The notes under the pieces are model-generated. The model was not told the DNA's origin. It saw only the letters and a program-made list of their open reading frames with translations, and searched no databases. From positions 1,440,001 to 1,472,000 of the forward strand of contig NZ_CP066019.1 in the NCBI RefSeq assembly GCF_016127575.1: a stretch of 32,000 bases of DNA. The letters are read 5' to 3'. This document shows, one piece after another, positions 8,705-16,548 of this stretch (its first letter is position 1; the number at the start of each line of letters is the position of its first letter). Made by a program: the position numbers and the translations under genes. This DNA comes from Cupriavidus necator (GTDB taxonomy: Bacteria; Pseudomonadota; Gammaproteobacteria; Burkholderiales; Burkholderiaceae).

Positions 8705-9460
8705 TCACCAGCTGGCGCCCGGATAGGCGCGCTGCAGGAACTGCATTTCGGCCAGCAGGTAGCCGAGGTGTTCGGTATGGCGGCCGTGGCGGCCGCCGCT
8801 CTGCGACCACGTGCCCGCAGGCAGCTGCAGCGTGGCTTCTTCCAGCACCGCGGCCACGTGGCGCTGCCACGGTTCGGCCAGTGATGCGGGATCCGGCACC
8901 AGGCCGGCCTGCACCAGCGCGGCGTCGCCCGCGTCGGACTCGAACAGCTCATCGCTGAACATCCACAGGTCGTTGAAGGCATCCTGCATGCGGCGGTGGC
9001 TCTCTTCGCTGCCGTCGCCCAGGCGCACCACCAGGTCGGCGCTACGGCGCACGTGGTAGGTCACTTCCTTGAGCGACTTGGCGGCGATCTCGGCGATGCG
9101 GGCATCGGTCGAGCGCTGCAGCCCGTCGAGCAGGAAGTAGTGCCAGGTGTCGAACAGGAACTGCCGCGCCAGCGTATCGGCATAGCTGCCGTTGGGCTGC
9201 TCCACCAGCAGCGGGTTGCGGAACTGGTGCGCGTCGCGCAGGTAGGCCATCTGGTCGGCGTTGCGGCCGGCGCCCTCCACTTCCGCGGCGTAGCCCAGCC
9301 ACAGCCGGGTCTGGCCGATCAGGTCGAGCGCGACATTGGTCAGCGCGATGTCCTCTTCCAGCGCCGGGCCGCGGCCGCACCATTCCGACAGGCGCTGGCC
9401 AAGGACCAGCGTGGCGTCGCCGAGGCGCAGCAGGTATTCGAGCTTGTGGTTGTCCATCAT
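8705..9460 (-). CDS. paaC: Phenylacetyl-CoA epoxidase subunit PaaC.
   Basis: 251 aa with ferritin-like di-iron-oxygenase beta-type sequence (LRLGDATLVLGQRLSEWCG). Its operon position is between paaB and paaD. Confidence 0.93.
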   Translation of the reverse strand: MMDNHKLEYLLRLGDATLVLGQRLSEWCGRGPALEEDIALTNVALDLIGQTRLWLGYAAEVEGAGRNADQMAYLRDAHQFRNPLLVEQPNGSYADTLARQFLFDTWHYFLLDGLQRSTDARIAEIAAKSLKEVTYHVRRSADLVVRLGDGSEESHRRMQDAFNDLWMFSDELFESDAGDAALVQAGLVPDPASLAEPWQRHVAAVLEEATLQLPAGTWSQSGGRHGRHTEHLGYLLAEMQFLQRAYPGASW

Positions 9461-9470
9461 GCGGGCCGTA

Positions 9471-9752
9471 TCAGATGTGCTTGACGGCTTCCGGCATCGG
9501 GAAGAACGTCGGGTGGCGGTAGACCTTGCTGTTGGCCGGCTCGAACAGCGGGCCCTTGTCGCCGGGGCTGCTGGCGACCACGTCGCCGGCCTTCACCACC
9601 CAGACGCTGACGCCCTCGTTGCGGCGCGTATAGACGTCACGCGCGTTGTTGATCGCCATTTCGCCGTCGGGCGCGTGCAGGCTGCCCACGTGCTTGTGGG
9701 CCAGGCCGTGCTGGCTGCGGATAAAGATCTCCCAAAGCGGCCACTCTTTCAT
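9471..9752 (-). CDS. paaB: Phenylacetyl-CoA epoxidase subunit PaaB.
   Basis: 93 aa from MKEWPLWEIFIRSQHGLAHKHVGSLHA..., closely resembling E. coli PaaB. AGGAGG (9758-9763) lies 5 nt upstream of the ATG at 9752. An in-frame ATG at 9770 is the alternative start. Confidence 0.92.
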   Translation of the reverse strand: MKEWPLWEIFIRSQHGLAHKHVGSLHAPDGEMAINNARDVYTRRNEGVSVWVVKAGDVVASSPGDKGPLFEPANSKVYRHPTFFPMPEAVKHI

Positions 9753-9785
9753 GGCAACCTCCTGTGTCATTGCGTTGGATGGATG

Positions 9786-9802
9786 GCGGCGCCGGGCGCC
9801 GC
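9786..9802 (-). other. Intercistronic GC hairpin between paaA and paaB.
   Basis: GCGGCGC-CGG-GCGCCGC, a 7-bp stem with a 3-nt loop, read directly from the sequence. Confidence 0.35.
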
Positions 9803-9806
9803 GGGG

Positions 9807-10793
9807 TCACGCGGCGGCGCGCTGGGCCTGCTTGTCGGCGTGGGTCACCAGGGCATCGCGGAACCACGCGCCCTCTTCCCAGGCCTTGACGCGGGTGCGC
9901 AGGCGCTCGCGGTTGCAGGGGCCGTTGCCCTGGATGACGTTGTAGAACTCGGACCAGTCGATCTCGCCGAAGTCATAGTGGCCGCGCTCCTCGTTCCACT
10001 TCAGTTCGGGATCCGGAATGGCCAGGCCCAGGTACTCTGCCTGCGGCACGGTCTGGTCGACCATCTTCTGGCGCAGCTCGTCATTGGAGAACAGCTTGAT
10101 GCGCCATTGCATGGATTGCGCGCTGTTGGGCGAATCGCCGTCGGACGGGCCAAACATCATCAGCGCCGGCCACCACCAGCGATTGAGCGCGTCCTGCGCC
10201 ATCTGCTTCTGCTCGGGGGTGCCGTTGCACAGCGACAGCAGGATGTCGTAGCCCTGGCGCTGGTGGAACGACTCTTCCTTGCACACGCGCACCATGGCGC
10301 GCGCATAGGGCCCGAACGAGCAGCGGCACAGCGGCACCTGGTTGATGATGGCCGAGCCGTCGACCAGCCAGCCGATCATGCCGATGTCGGCCCAACTCAG
10401 CGTCGGGTAGTTGAAGATGCTGGAATACTTGGCCTTGCCGGTGTGCAGGTCGCCCAGCATCTGGTCGCGCGACACGCCCAGGGTCTCGGCCGCGCTGTAG
10501 AGATACAGGCCATGGCCGGCCTCATCCTGGATCTTGGCCAGCAAGACTGCCTTGCGCTCCAGCGTCGGCGCGCGGGTGACCCAGTTGCCTTCCGGCAGCT
10601 GGCCCACGATCTCGGAATGGGCATGCTGCGAGATCTGGCGGACCAGGGTCTTGCGATAGGCCTCCGGCATCCAGTCCTTGGCCTCGATCTTGATCCCGGC
10701 ATCGACGCGCGCCTGGAACTCGCGCTCCTGCGGCTCCATTTCTTCCATGGCGCGAAGCCTCGTCGCTCCTGTCTCCACCAGCTGTGCGTACAT
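9807..10793 (-). CDS. paaA: Phenylacetyl-CoA 1,2-epoxidase catalytic subunit PaaA.
   Basis: 328 aa from MYAQLVETG.... It has strong PaaA blocks ([43 protein letters not shown]). GGAG lies 6 nt upstream of the ATG at 10793. The ORF-track start at 10886 would run into the divergent promoter region. Confidence 0.92.
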   Translation of the reverse strand: MYAQLVETGATRLRAMEEMEPQEREFQARVDAGIKIEAKDWMPEAYRKTLVRQISQHAHSEIVGQLPEGNWVTRAPTLERKAVLLAKIQDEAGHGLYLYSAAETLGVSRDQMLGDLHTGKAKYSSIFNYPTLSWADIGMIGWLVDGSAIINQVPLCRCSFGPYARAMVRVCKEESFHQRQGYDILLSLCNGTPEQKQMAQDALNRWWWPALMMFGPSDGDSPNSAQSMQWRIKLFSNDELRQKMVDQTVPQAEYLGLAIPDPELKWNEERGHYDFGEIDWSEFYNVIQGNGPCNRERLRTRVKAWEEGAWFRDALVTHADKQAQRAAA

Positions 10794-10867
10794 CCTTTGC
10801 TCCGCTCTTGGTTGCTCTGAATCGGGGTCTTGACCTGCATCAACATCGTCAGTTGCAACGGATGGTA

Positions 10868-10908
10868 GTGATACAATTTGATTCAATCAATCTGCATTTG
10901 TGTATCAC
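10868..10908. promoter_or_regulatory. Candidate PaaX operator in the paaA/paaX divergent region, built from nested palindromes.
   Basis: The outer inverted repeat is GTGATACAA (10868-10876) and TTGTGTATCAC (10898-10908). The inner palindrome is TGATT-C-AATCA (10879-10889). A TGATTC core is what I recall for PaaX boxes in E. coli and Pseudomonas. Confidence 0.4.
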
Positions 10909-10925
10909 TTCAGGGAGCGGGGCCG

Positions 10926-11864
10926 ATGGCGACGCCAGGCACAGATCCGGTTTCTCCCCGCGTGGCGCGGCTGGCACGCGGGCTGAAGCTGGGCGCCAAT
11001 TCCATGCTGGTGACCTTGTTCGGCGATGTGGTGGCGCCGCGGCCGCAGGCCATCTGGCTGGGCAGCCTGATCCGGCTGGCGGCGCCGTTCGGCATCAATG
11101 ACCGGCTGGTGCGCACCGCCACCTTCCGCCTTACCGCCGACGACTGGCTGGCCGCGACCAGGATGGGGCGGCGCAGCTACTACGGGCTGTCAGACGCCGG
11201 TTTGCAGCGTGTACTGCACGCTGGCAAGCGCATCTATGCGGGTGAGGCATCCGAATGGGACGGCCGCTGGACCCTGGTGATGGTGCGCGGTGACGTACGC
11301 GCCACGGTCCGGCAGAAGCTGAAGCGGGAATTGCTGTGGGAGGGCTTCGGCGCCATCGCGCCGGGGGTGATGGCCCACCCCCAAGCGGACCTCGCCTCGC
11401 TGCGCGAAATCCTCCAGGCCGCACGCGCGCAGGACGATGTGGCGGTGATGGAAGCGAGCAGCCTCGAGGCGTTTTCCATCCGGCCGCTGCAGGCGCTGAT
11501 GCACCAGACCTTCAAGCTCGGCGACGTGGCCGCTGCCTGGCAGGCACTGCTGCGCCGCTTTGCGCCGCTGGCCGAAGAGGCCGCCGGGCTTGCTCCGGCC
11601 GATGCTTTCTTCGTGCGGACGCTCCTGGTGCACGAATACCGGCGTGTGCTGCTGCGCGACCCCAACCTGCCCGAAGCGATGCTGCCGCAAGACTGGCCCG
11701 GCCGCACCGCGCGCGGCTTGTGCCACACCCTGTACGGGGCGCTGCTAGACGCCAGCGAAGACTACCTGCACCGCGTGGTGGAAGCGGCGGACGGTTCGCT
11801 GCACGATGCCAACCGGAGCCTGCGCCTGCGCTTTGGGGCGGGCGCGCAGGCGGGCAACGATTAA
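10926..11864 (+). CDS. paaX: Phenylacetic acid degradation operon repressor PaaX.
   Basis: 312 aa from MATPGTDPVSPR.... It shows PaaX-type sequence (NSMLVTLFGDVVAPRPQAIWLGSLIRL, RRSYYGLSDAG, LLVHEYRRVLLRDPNLP). GGGAG lies 8 nt upstream of the ATG at 10926. It is divergent from paaA. Confidence 0.9.
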   Translation: MATPGTDPVSPRVARLARGLKLGANSMLVTLFGDVVAPRPQAIWLGSLIRLAAPFGINDRLVRTATFRLTADDWLAATRMGRRSYYGLSDAGLQRVLHAGKRIYAGEASEWDGRWTLVMVRGDVRATVRQKLKRELLWEGFGAIAPGVMAHPQADLASLREILQAARAQDDVAVMEASSLEAFSIRPLQALMHQTFKLGDVAAAWQALLRRFAPLAEEAAGLAPADAFFVRTLLVHEYRRVLLRDPNLPEAMLPQDWPGRTARGLCHTLYGALLDASEDYLHRVVEAADGSLHDANRSLRLRFGAGAQAGND

Positions 11865-11906
11865 CCGGGCATCCGGGGAATCCCGGCTGCGCACCTGCGC
11901 ATGGAA

Positions 11907-12923
11907 TCACCCGTCCTTGAACAGGAAGCTGTAGGCGTTCAATGCCGGTACCCCGCCCAGGTGTGCAAAGAGGACTTTCGATCCTTGCGGAAACTCGCCG
12001 CGACGGACCATGTCGATCATGCCCTGCATGGACTTGCCCTCATAGACCGGGTCCGTCATCATGCCCTCCAGCCTGGCGCTGAGGCGGATGGCTTCCAGGG
12101 TGCCGGCCGAAGGCAGGCCGTATTCGGGTCCGCCATAGCGGGTGTCCAGCACCACGTCCGCTTCAGTGATGTCGCGGCCGAGGCCGACCAGCTCCGCGGT
12201 ATGGCGGGCGATGCGCAGGATCTGCGCGCGCGTCGGTTCCGGCTTGGCCGATGCATCGATGCCGATGACCCGGTCCGCGCGGCCGTCGGCAGCGAATCCG
12301 ACCACCATGCCCGCCTGCGTGCTGCCGGTGACCGAGCAGACCACGATGTAGTCGAACCTGAAGCCGAGTCCGGCTTCCTGCTCCCGCACTTCCTCGGCGA
12401 AGCCTACGTAGCCGAGACCGCCGAGCGGATGCTCCGAGCAGCCTGCCGGAATCGGGTAGGGCTTGCCGCCCGCCTTGCGCACGCTCTCCATGGCTTCTTC
12501 CCAGCTGGGGCGAATACCGATGTCGAAGCCTTCGCTGACCAGGCGCACGTCGGCCCCCATGATGCGTGACATCTGGATGTTGCCCACGCGGTCATAAACC
12601 GCGTCGGAGTAGTTGACCCAGTTCTCCTGCACCAGCACGCACTTCAGCCCCAGGTGGGCCGCGATGGCGGCAACCTGGCGCGTGTGGTTCGACTGGATCC
12701 CGCCGATCGAGACCAGCGTATCGGCGCCCTGCGCCAGCACGTCTGGAATGACGTATTCGAGCTTGCGCGTCTTGTTGCCGCCAAAGGCGAGCCCGCTGTT
12801 GCAGTCGTCGCGCTTGGCATAGAGCTCGACCTTGCCACCCAGGCTTTCGCTCAGCCGCGATAGCGGATGGATCGGCGTCGGGCCGAAGGTCAGGGAATGA
12901 CGCGGAAATTGCTTCAGGTTCAT
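11907..12923 (-). CDS. acdS: 1-aminocyclopropane-1-carboxylate (ACC) deaminase.
   Basis: 338 aa, near-collinear with Pseudomonas AcdS as I remember it. The diagnostic residues Lys51, Ser78, Tyr294, Glu295 and Leu322 are all present at exactly those positions by my count. GGAG lies upstream of the ATG at 12923. Confidence 0.95.
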
Positions 12924-13038
12924 GACTGGCTCCAGGTTGCGGTTGGCATGCGGGCGCCTTGCAGCCGCAAAGCCCGGCATTCGCACGGACGCTGCGCGAC
13001 GCCGCATCTGGAATCATCATAAGAAGGCTGGGGCGAAA

Positions 13039-13090
13039 GGTGCTTGCAAAGATCTGCGACTTCTTGCACGATAAATAGACAGCAAGCACC
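13039..13090. promoter_or_regulatory. 9-bp perfect inverted repeat in the acdS/acdR intergenic region, next to an AT-rich patch. It is a candidate AcdR (Lrp-type) site or 5' UTR stem.
   Basis: GGTGCTTGC (13039-13047) and GCAAGCACC (13082-13090). The stretch 13061-13140 is 28/80 G+C by hand count. Confidence 0.3.
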
Positions 13091-13115
13091 CAGAAATTCT
13101 CTTTATTTCGTAGAA

Positions 13116-13631
13116 ATGGCAACAAGCAGAATAAAATTTCGTTCGAAATCCGAGACCTCCGCACAGCCCGCGCCGGTGCTGGATCGCACGGACAAGGCCA
13201 TCCTGCGCGCCTTGCAGCGCGATGCGTCCATCTCCAACCTGGCCCTGGCGGGCAAGGTCAGCCTCAGCCCGCCCGCATGCCTGCGCCGCGTGGAACGCCT
13301 GAAAGCGGATGGCCTGATCCGCGGCGTCGTGGCGCTGCTGAACCCGGCTCCCCTGGACGCGGGGATGCTGGTCATCATCGGGGTCGTGCTGGACCGGTCC
13401 ACGCCCGAGTCCTTCGCCGCCTTTGAGAAAGCGGCGCAGAAGGTATCAGGCTGTATGGAATGCCATGAAGTCACCGGCGAGTTCGACTACATCATGATGC
13501 TCAGGACCAAGGACAGCGAGAGCTTCAACCGCCTCCACGCGGAGCAGTTGCTCTACCTGCCGGGCGTGCGGCAGATTCGCTCGTTCATGGTGCTCAAGCA
13601 GGTGCTGTCGACGACGCAGTTTCCGATTTGA
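13116..13631 (+). CDS. acdR: Lrp/AsnC-family transcriptional regulator of acdS (AcdR).
   Basis: 171 aa. It has the HTH LDRTDKAILRALQRDASISNLALAGKVSLSPPACLRRVERL and an AsnC-type C-terminal domain. It is divergent from acdS, as in known acdR-acdS pairs. The start at 13116 lacks a clear SD, so the 5' boundary is uncertain. Confidence 0.85.
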   Translation: MATSRIKFRSKSETSAQPAPVLDRTDKAILRALQRDASISNLALAGKVSLSPPACLRRVERLKADGLIRGVVALLNPAPLDAGMLVIIGVVLDRSTPESFAAFEKAAQKVSGCMECHEVTGEFDYIMMLRTKDSESFNRLHAEQLLYLPGVRQIRSFMVLKQVLSTTQFPI

Positions 13632-13703
13632 GGATCGGGCTGGATCCGGCTGCGCGGGCGAAGAGAGGAGACAGGGAGGGGAATTCGGGGCCTGGGCGAA
13701 GCA

Positions 13704-13734
13704 GGAACCCCGGCGCCGTTGCTGCCGGGGTTCC
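13704..13734. terminator. Hairpin between the convergent acdR and acyl-CoA dehydrogenase genes. It may be a bidirectional terminator, but it has no U-tract.
   Basis: GGAACCCCGGC-(9 nt)-GCCGGGGTTCC, an 11-bp perfect stem. Confidence 0.5.
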
Positions 13735-13780
13735 ATCTGGCCAGCCCCTTGATTGTTGGGGCTGGCGCGCCGTCCATCGC

Positions 13781-14947
13781 TCAGAATGAGCGCGGCAGGC
13801 CCAGGACGTGTTCGGCGACGAAAGAGTAGATCAGGTTGGTGGAGATCGGTGCCACCTGGTACAGCCGCGTTTCCCGGAACTTGCGCTCCACGTCGTATTC
13901 GCAGGCAAAGCCGAAACCACCGTGGAACTGCAGGCAGGCGTTGCCGGCTTCCCAGCTCGCCTTGGCGGCCAGGTACTTGGCCATGTTGGCCTGGGCCCCC
14001 ATGGGCTCGTGCTTGTCAAACAGCTCACAGGCTTTCCAGCGCATCAGGTTCGCCGCTTCCAGTTCGATAAAGGACTCGGCGATCGGGAACTGCACGCCCT
14101 GGTTCTGGCCGATGGGGCGGCCGAAGACCTCGCGTTCCCTGACGTACTTGGTCACGCGGTCGATGAACCAATAGCCGTCGCCGATGCACTCGGCCGCGAT
14201 CAGCGTGCGCTCGGCGTTCAGGCCATCGAGGATGTACTTGAAGCCCTTGCCCTCTTCACCGATCAGGTTTTCCTCGGGGATTTCCAGGCCCTCGAAAAAC
14301 AGTTCATTGGTCTCGTGGTTGACCATGTTGGGGATGGGGCGCACGGTCAGGCCCTTCTTCTGCGCCTCGTGCAGGTCCACCATGAAGATGGACATCCCCT
14401 CGCTCTTCTTCTTCACGTCGGCCAGCGGCGTGGTGCGCGCCAGCAGGATCATGAAGTCGCTGTGCTGGACGCGGCTGATCCAGACCTTCTGGCCGTTGAC
14501 GACGTAGCGTCCGTCCTTCTTGACCGCCGAGGTCTTGATCTTGGTGGTGTCAGTGCCGGTGGTGGGCTCGGTCACGCCCATGGACTGCAGGCGCCATTCC
14601 CCCGAGGCAATCTTCGGCAGGTACTTGTCCTTCTGTGCCCTGGAGCCGTGCCGCAGCAACGTGCCCATGTTGTACATCTGGCCGTGGCAGGCGCCGGAGT
14701 TGCCGCCGCAGCGGTTGATCTCTTCCATGATGACCGAGGCTTCGGTCAGACCCAGGCCGGAACCACCGTACTCCTGCGGAATCAGCGCCGCCAGCCAGCC
14801 CGCCGCGGTCAGCGCATTGACAAAGGCCTCGGGATAGGCGCGCTGCTCGTCCACCTTGCGGAAGTACTCATCGGGAAACTCCGCGCAAAGCGCGCGGATG
14901 GCGTCGCGGATTTCTTGGAAGTTGTTCGATTGGGTCTGTTCGATCAT
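13781..14947 (-). CDS. Acyl-CoA dehydrogenase family protein.
   Basis: 388 aa from MIEQTQSNNF.... ACAD blocks are present (GVTEPTTGTDTT, GQKVWISR, FGRPIGQNQGVQFPIAE). The upstream 19 codons in the ORF track have no support. Confidence 0.9.
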   Translation of the reverse strand: MIEQTQSNNFQEIRDAIRALCAEFPDEYFRKVDEQRAYPEAFVNALTAAGWLAALIPQEYGGSGLGLTEASVIMEEINRCGGNSGACHGQMYNMGTLLRHGSRAQKDKYLPKIASGEWRLQSMGVTEPTTGTDTTKIKTSAVKKDGRYVVNGQKVWISRVQHSDFMILLARTTPLADVKKKSEGMSIFMVDLHEAQKKGLTVRPIPNMVNHETNELFFEGLEIPEENLIGEEGKGFKYILDGLNAERTLIAAECIGDGYWFIDRVTKYVREREVFGRPIGQNQGVQFPIAESFIELEAANLMRWKACELFDKHEPMGAQANMAKYLAAKASWEAGNACLQFHGGFGFACEYDVERKFRETRLYQVAPISTNLIYSFVAEHVLGLPRSF

Positions 14948-15063
14948 GGCGCTTGGCTTGCGTTCGGTCTCTGGCGGACGGCCGCCTCCTTGTGATAACC
15001 GCAATAGTCGCGGCGTTCGGCCGGTTGGACAATCAGCCTTTCCGAAAGCGCGCCTTCCACCGG

Positions 15064-15091
15064 GGTTAAGGCCTGGCGACGGTTAAGGCCT
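15064..15091. promoter_or_regulatory. Two perfect 11-bp direct repeats in a divergent promoter region, possibly a regulator binding site.
   Basis: GGTTAAGGCCT occurs at 15064-15074 and 15081-15091, a 17-bp period. Confidence 0.3.
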
Positions 15092-15196
15092 TTCGCTTTC
15101 GCCAAAGTCCGCCATTGGCATTGTCAAATAGCGCAAACCACGCTTTGGGAACATGCTCCGGGCTATCCGGCGCATGCGCCGACTGACCGCTGCCCC

Positions 15197-16507
15197 GTGG
15201 ACATGCACACCCTCGCCTCCCGCCTGCAAGCCCTGATCCGCCCCGGAGACCATATCTGGTGGGGGCAAGCCACCGCCGAGCCGCTGACGCTGACGCGCGC
15301 ACTGGTGGAGCACCGCCACGCCATCGCCCAGGGCGGACGGCTCAGTGTCTTTGTCGGCATCGGGCAGTCAGACACGCTGCAGCCGGCCCAGGCGGATGTG
15401 CTCGACTTCTTCGGCTACGCCGCCAGCGGCCCGCACCGGCAACTGGCCAGGGCCGGCGTGCTGGACATCGTGCCCAGCCACTATTCGCACCTGCCCGGGC
15501 TGATCCGCCAGGGCACGCTGCGGGCGGACGTGGCGCTGGTGCAGGTCTCGCCCGCCGACGAGCAGGGGCGCCACAGCCTGGGGCTGGTGCATGAATACCT
15601 CCCCGCGGCGCTCGACCGCGCCCGCGTCATCATCGCCGAGGTGAACCCTGAGGTGCCTTGGACCCACGGCAGCCGCTACCTGAGCGCGGACGATATCGAC
15701 CTGCAGATCGAAGCGCTGCACCCGCCGATCAGCCTTGACCGCAGCGCGCCCGGCGCGGCCGAACAGGCCATCGCCCGTCACATCGCCGGCTGGGTGGAGG
15801 ATGGCGCCACCCTGCAGATGGGCATCGGCAACCTGCCAGAGGCCGTGGTCGCTGCGCTGAATGGCCACCGCGACCTGGGGCTGCACAGCGGCGCGATCGG
15901 CGACGGCATTGCGGCGCTGGCCGAAGCCGGGGTGCTGACCAACGCACGCAAGAGCATCGATACGGGCGTGGGCATCGCCGGCATCCTGATGGGCAGCGAA
16001 CGGCTGCGGCGCTGGGCCCACCGCAATCCGCAGCTGCAGCTGCGCGAGACCGCCTATACCCATCACCCCGAGGTGCTGGCCAGCGTCGACAAGCTGACCG
16101 CCATCAACTCCGCCATCGAGGTCGACCTCACCGGCCAGGTGAACGCCGAAGTTGCCGCCGGCGTCTATGTCGGCGCCGTCGGCGGTGCCGTGGACTTCCT
16201 GCGCGGCGCCGCGCGCAGCCGCGGCGGCCTGCCCATAGTCGCGCTGCCAGCAACCGCCAAGGGCGCGAGCCGCATCGTGGCCCAGTTGTCCGGCCCGGTC
16301 AGCACGCCCCGCTCGGACGCGGGCCTGATCGTCACCGAACACGGCGTGGCCGACCTGCGCGGCCAGACGCTGTCGCAGCGCGTGCGCCGCATGCTGGACA
16401 TTGCCGCACCCGAACACCGCGCGGACCTGGAACGCCAGGCCCACGCCCTGCTGCGTCAGTGCGGCGCGGCCTTCGTGGCCCTTCCCGGGCACACGCTGGC
16501 CAACTGA
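15197..16507 (+). CDS. Acetyl-CoA hydrolase/transferase family protein (4-hydroxybutyrate CoA-transferase-like).
   Basis: 436 aa with family-typical blocks (GATLQMGIGNLPEAV, INSAIEVDLTGQVNAE, GGAVDFLRGA, VTEHGVADLRG). The start is GTG at 15197 or ATG at 15203, and neither has a clear SD. Confidence 0.85.
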   Translation: MDMHTLASRLQALIRPGDHIWWGQATAEPLTLTRALVEHRHAIAQGGRLSVFVGIGQSDTLQPAQADVLDFFGYAASGPHRQLARAGVLDIVPSHYSHLPGLIRQGTLRADVALVQVSPADEQGRHSLGLVHEYLPAALDRARVIIAEVNPEVPWTHGSRYLSADDIDLQIEALHPPISLDRSAPGAAEQAIARHIAGWVEDGATLQMGIGNLPEAVVAALNGHRDLGLHSGAIGDGIAALAEAGVLTNARKSIDTGVGIAGILMGSERLRRWAHRNPQLQLRETAYTHHPEVLASVDKLTAINSAIEVDLTGQVNAEVAAGVYVGAVGGAVDFLRGAARSRGGLPIVALPATAKGASRIVAQLSGPVSTPRSDAGLIVTEHGVADLRGQTLSQRVRRMLDIAAPEHRADLERQAHALLRQCGAAFVALPGHTLAN

Positions 16508-16548
16508 CTTACTTGCTCATCCCAACACAGAGTTCCAAGGAGACTTCC

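Noticed and set aside
15116-15132. A sigma-54-like TGGCA...GC motif in the CoA-cluster promoter region, with another at 12944-12963 near acdS.
   Set aside because: The GG-to-GC spacing does not fit the -24/-12 geometry (off by 2 and 4 nt respectively), and the second is on the wrong strand for acdS.
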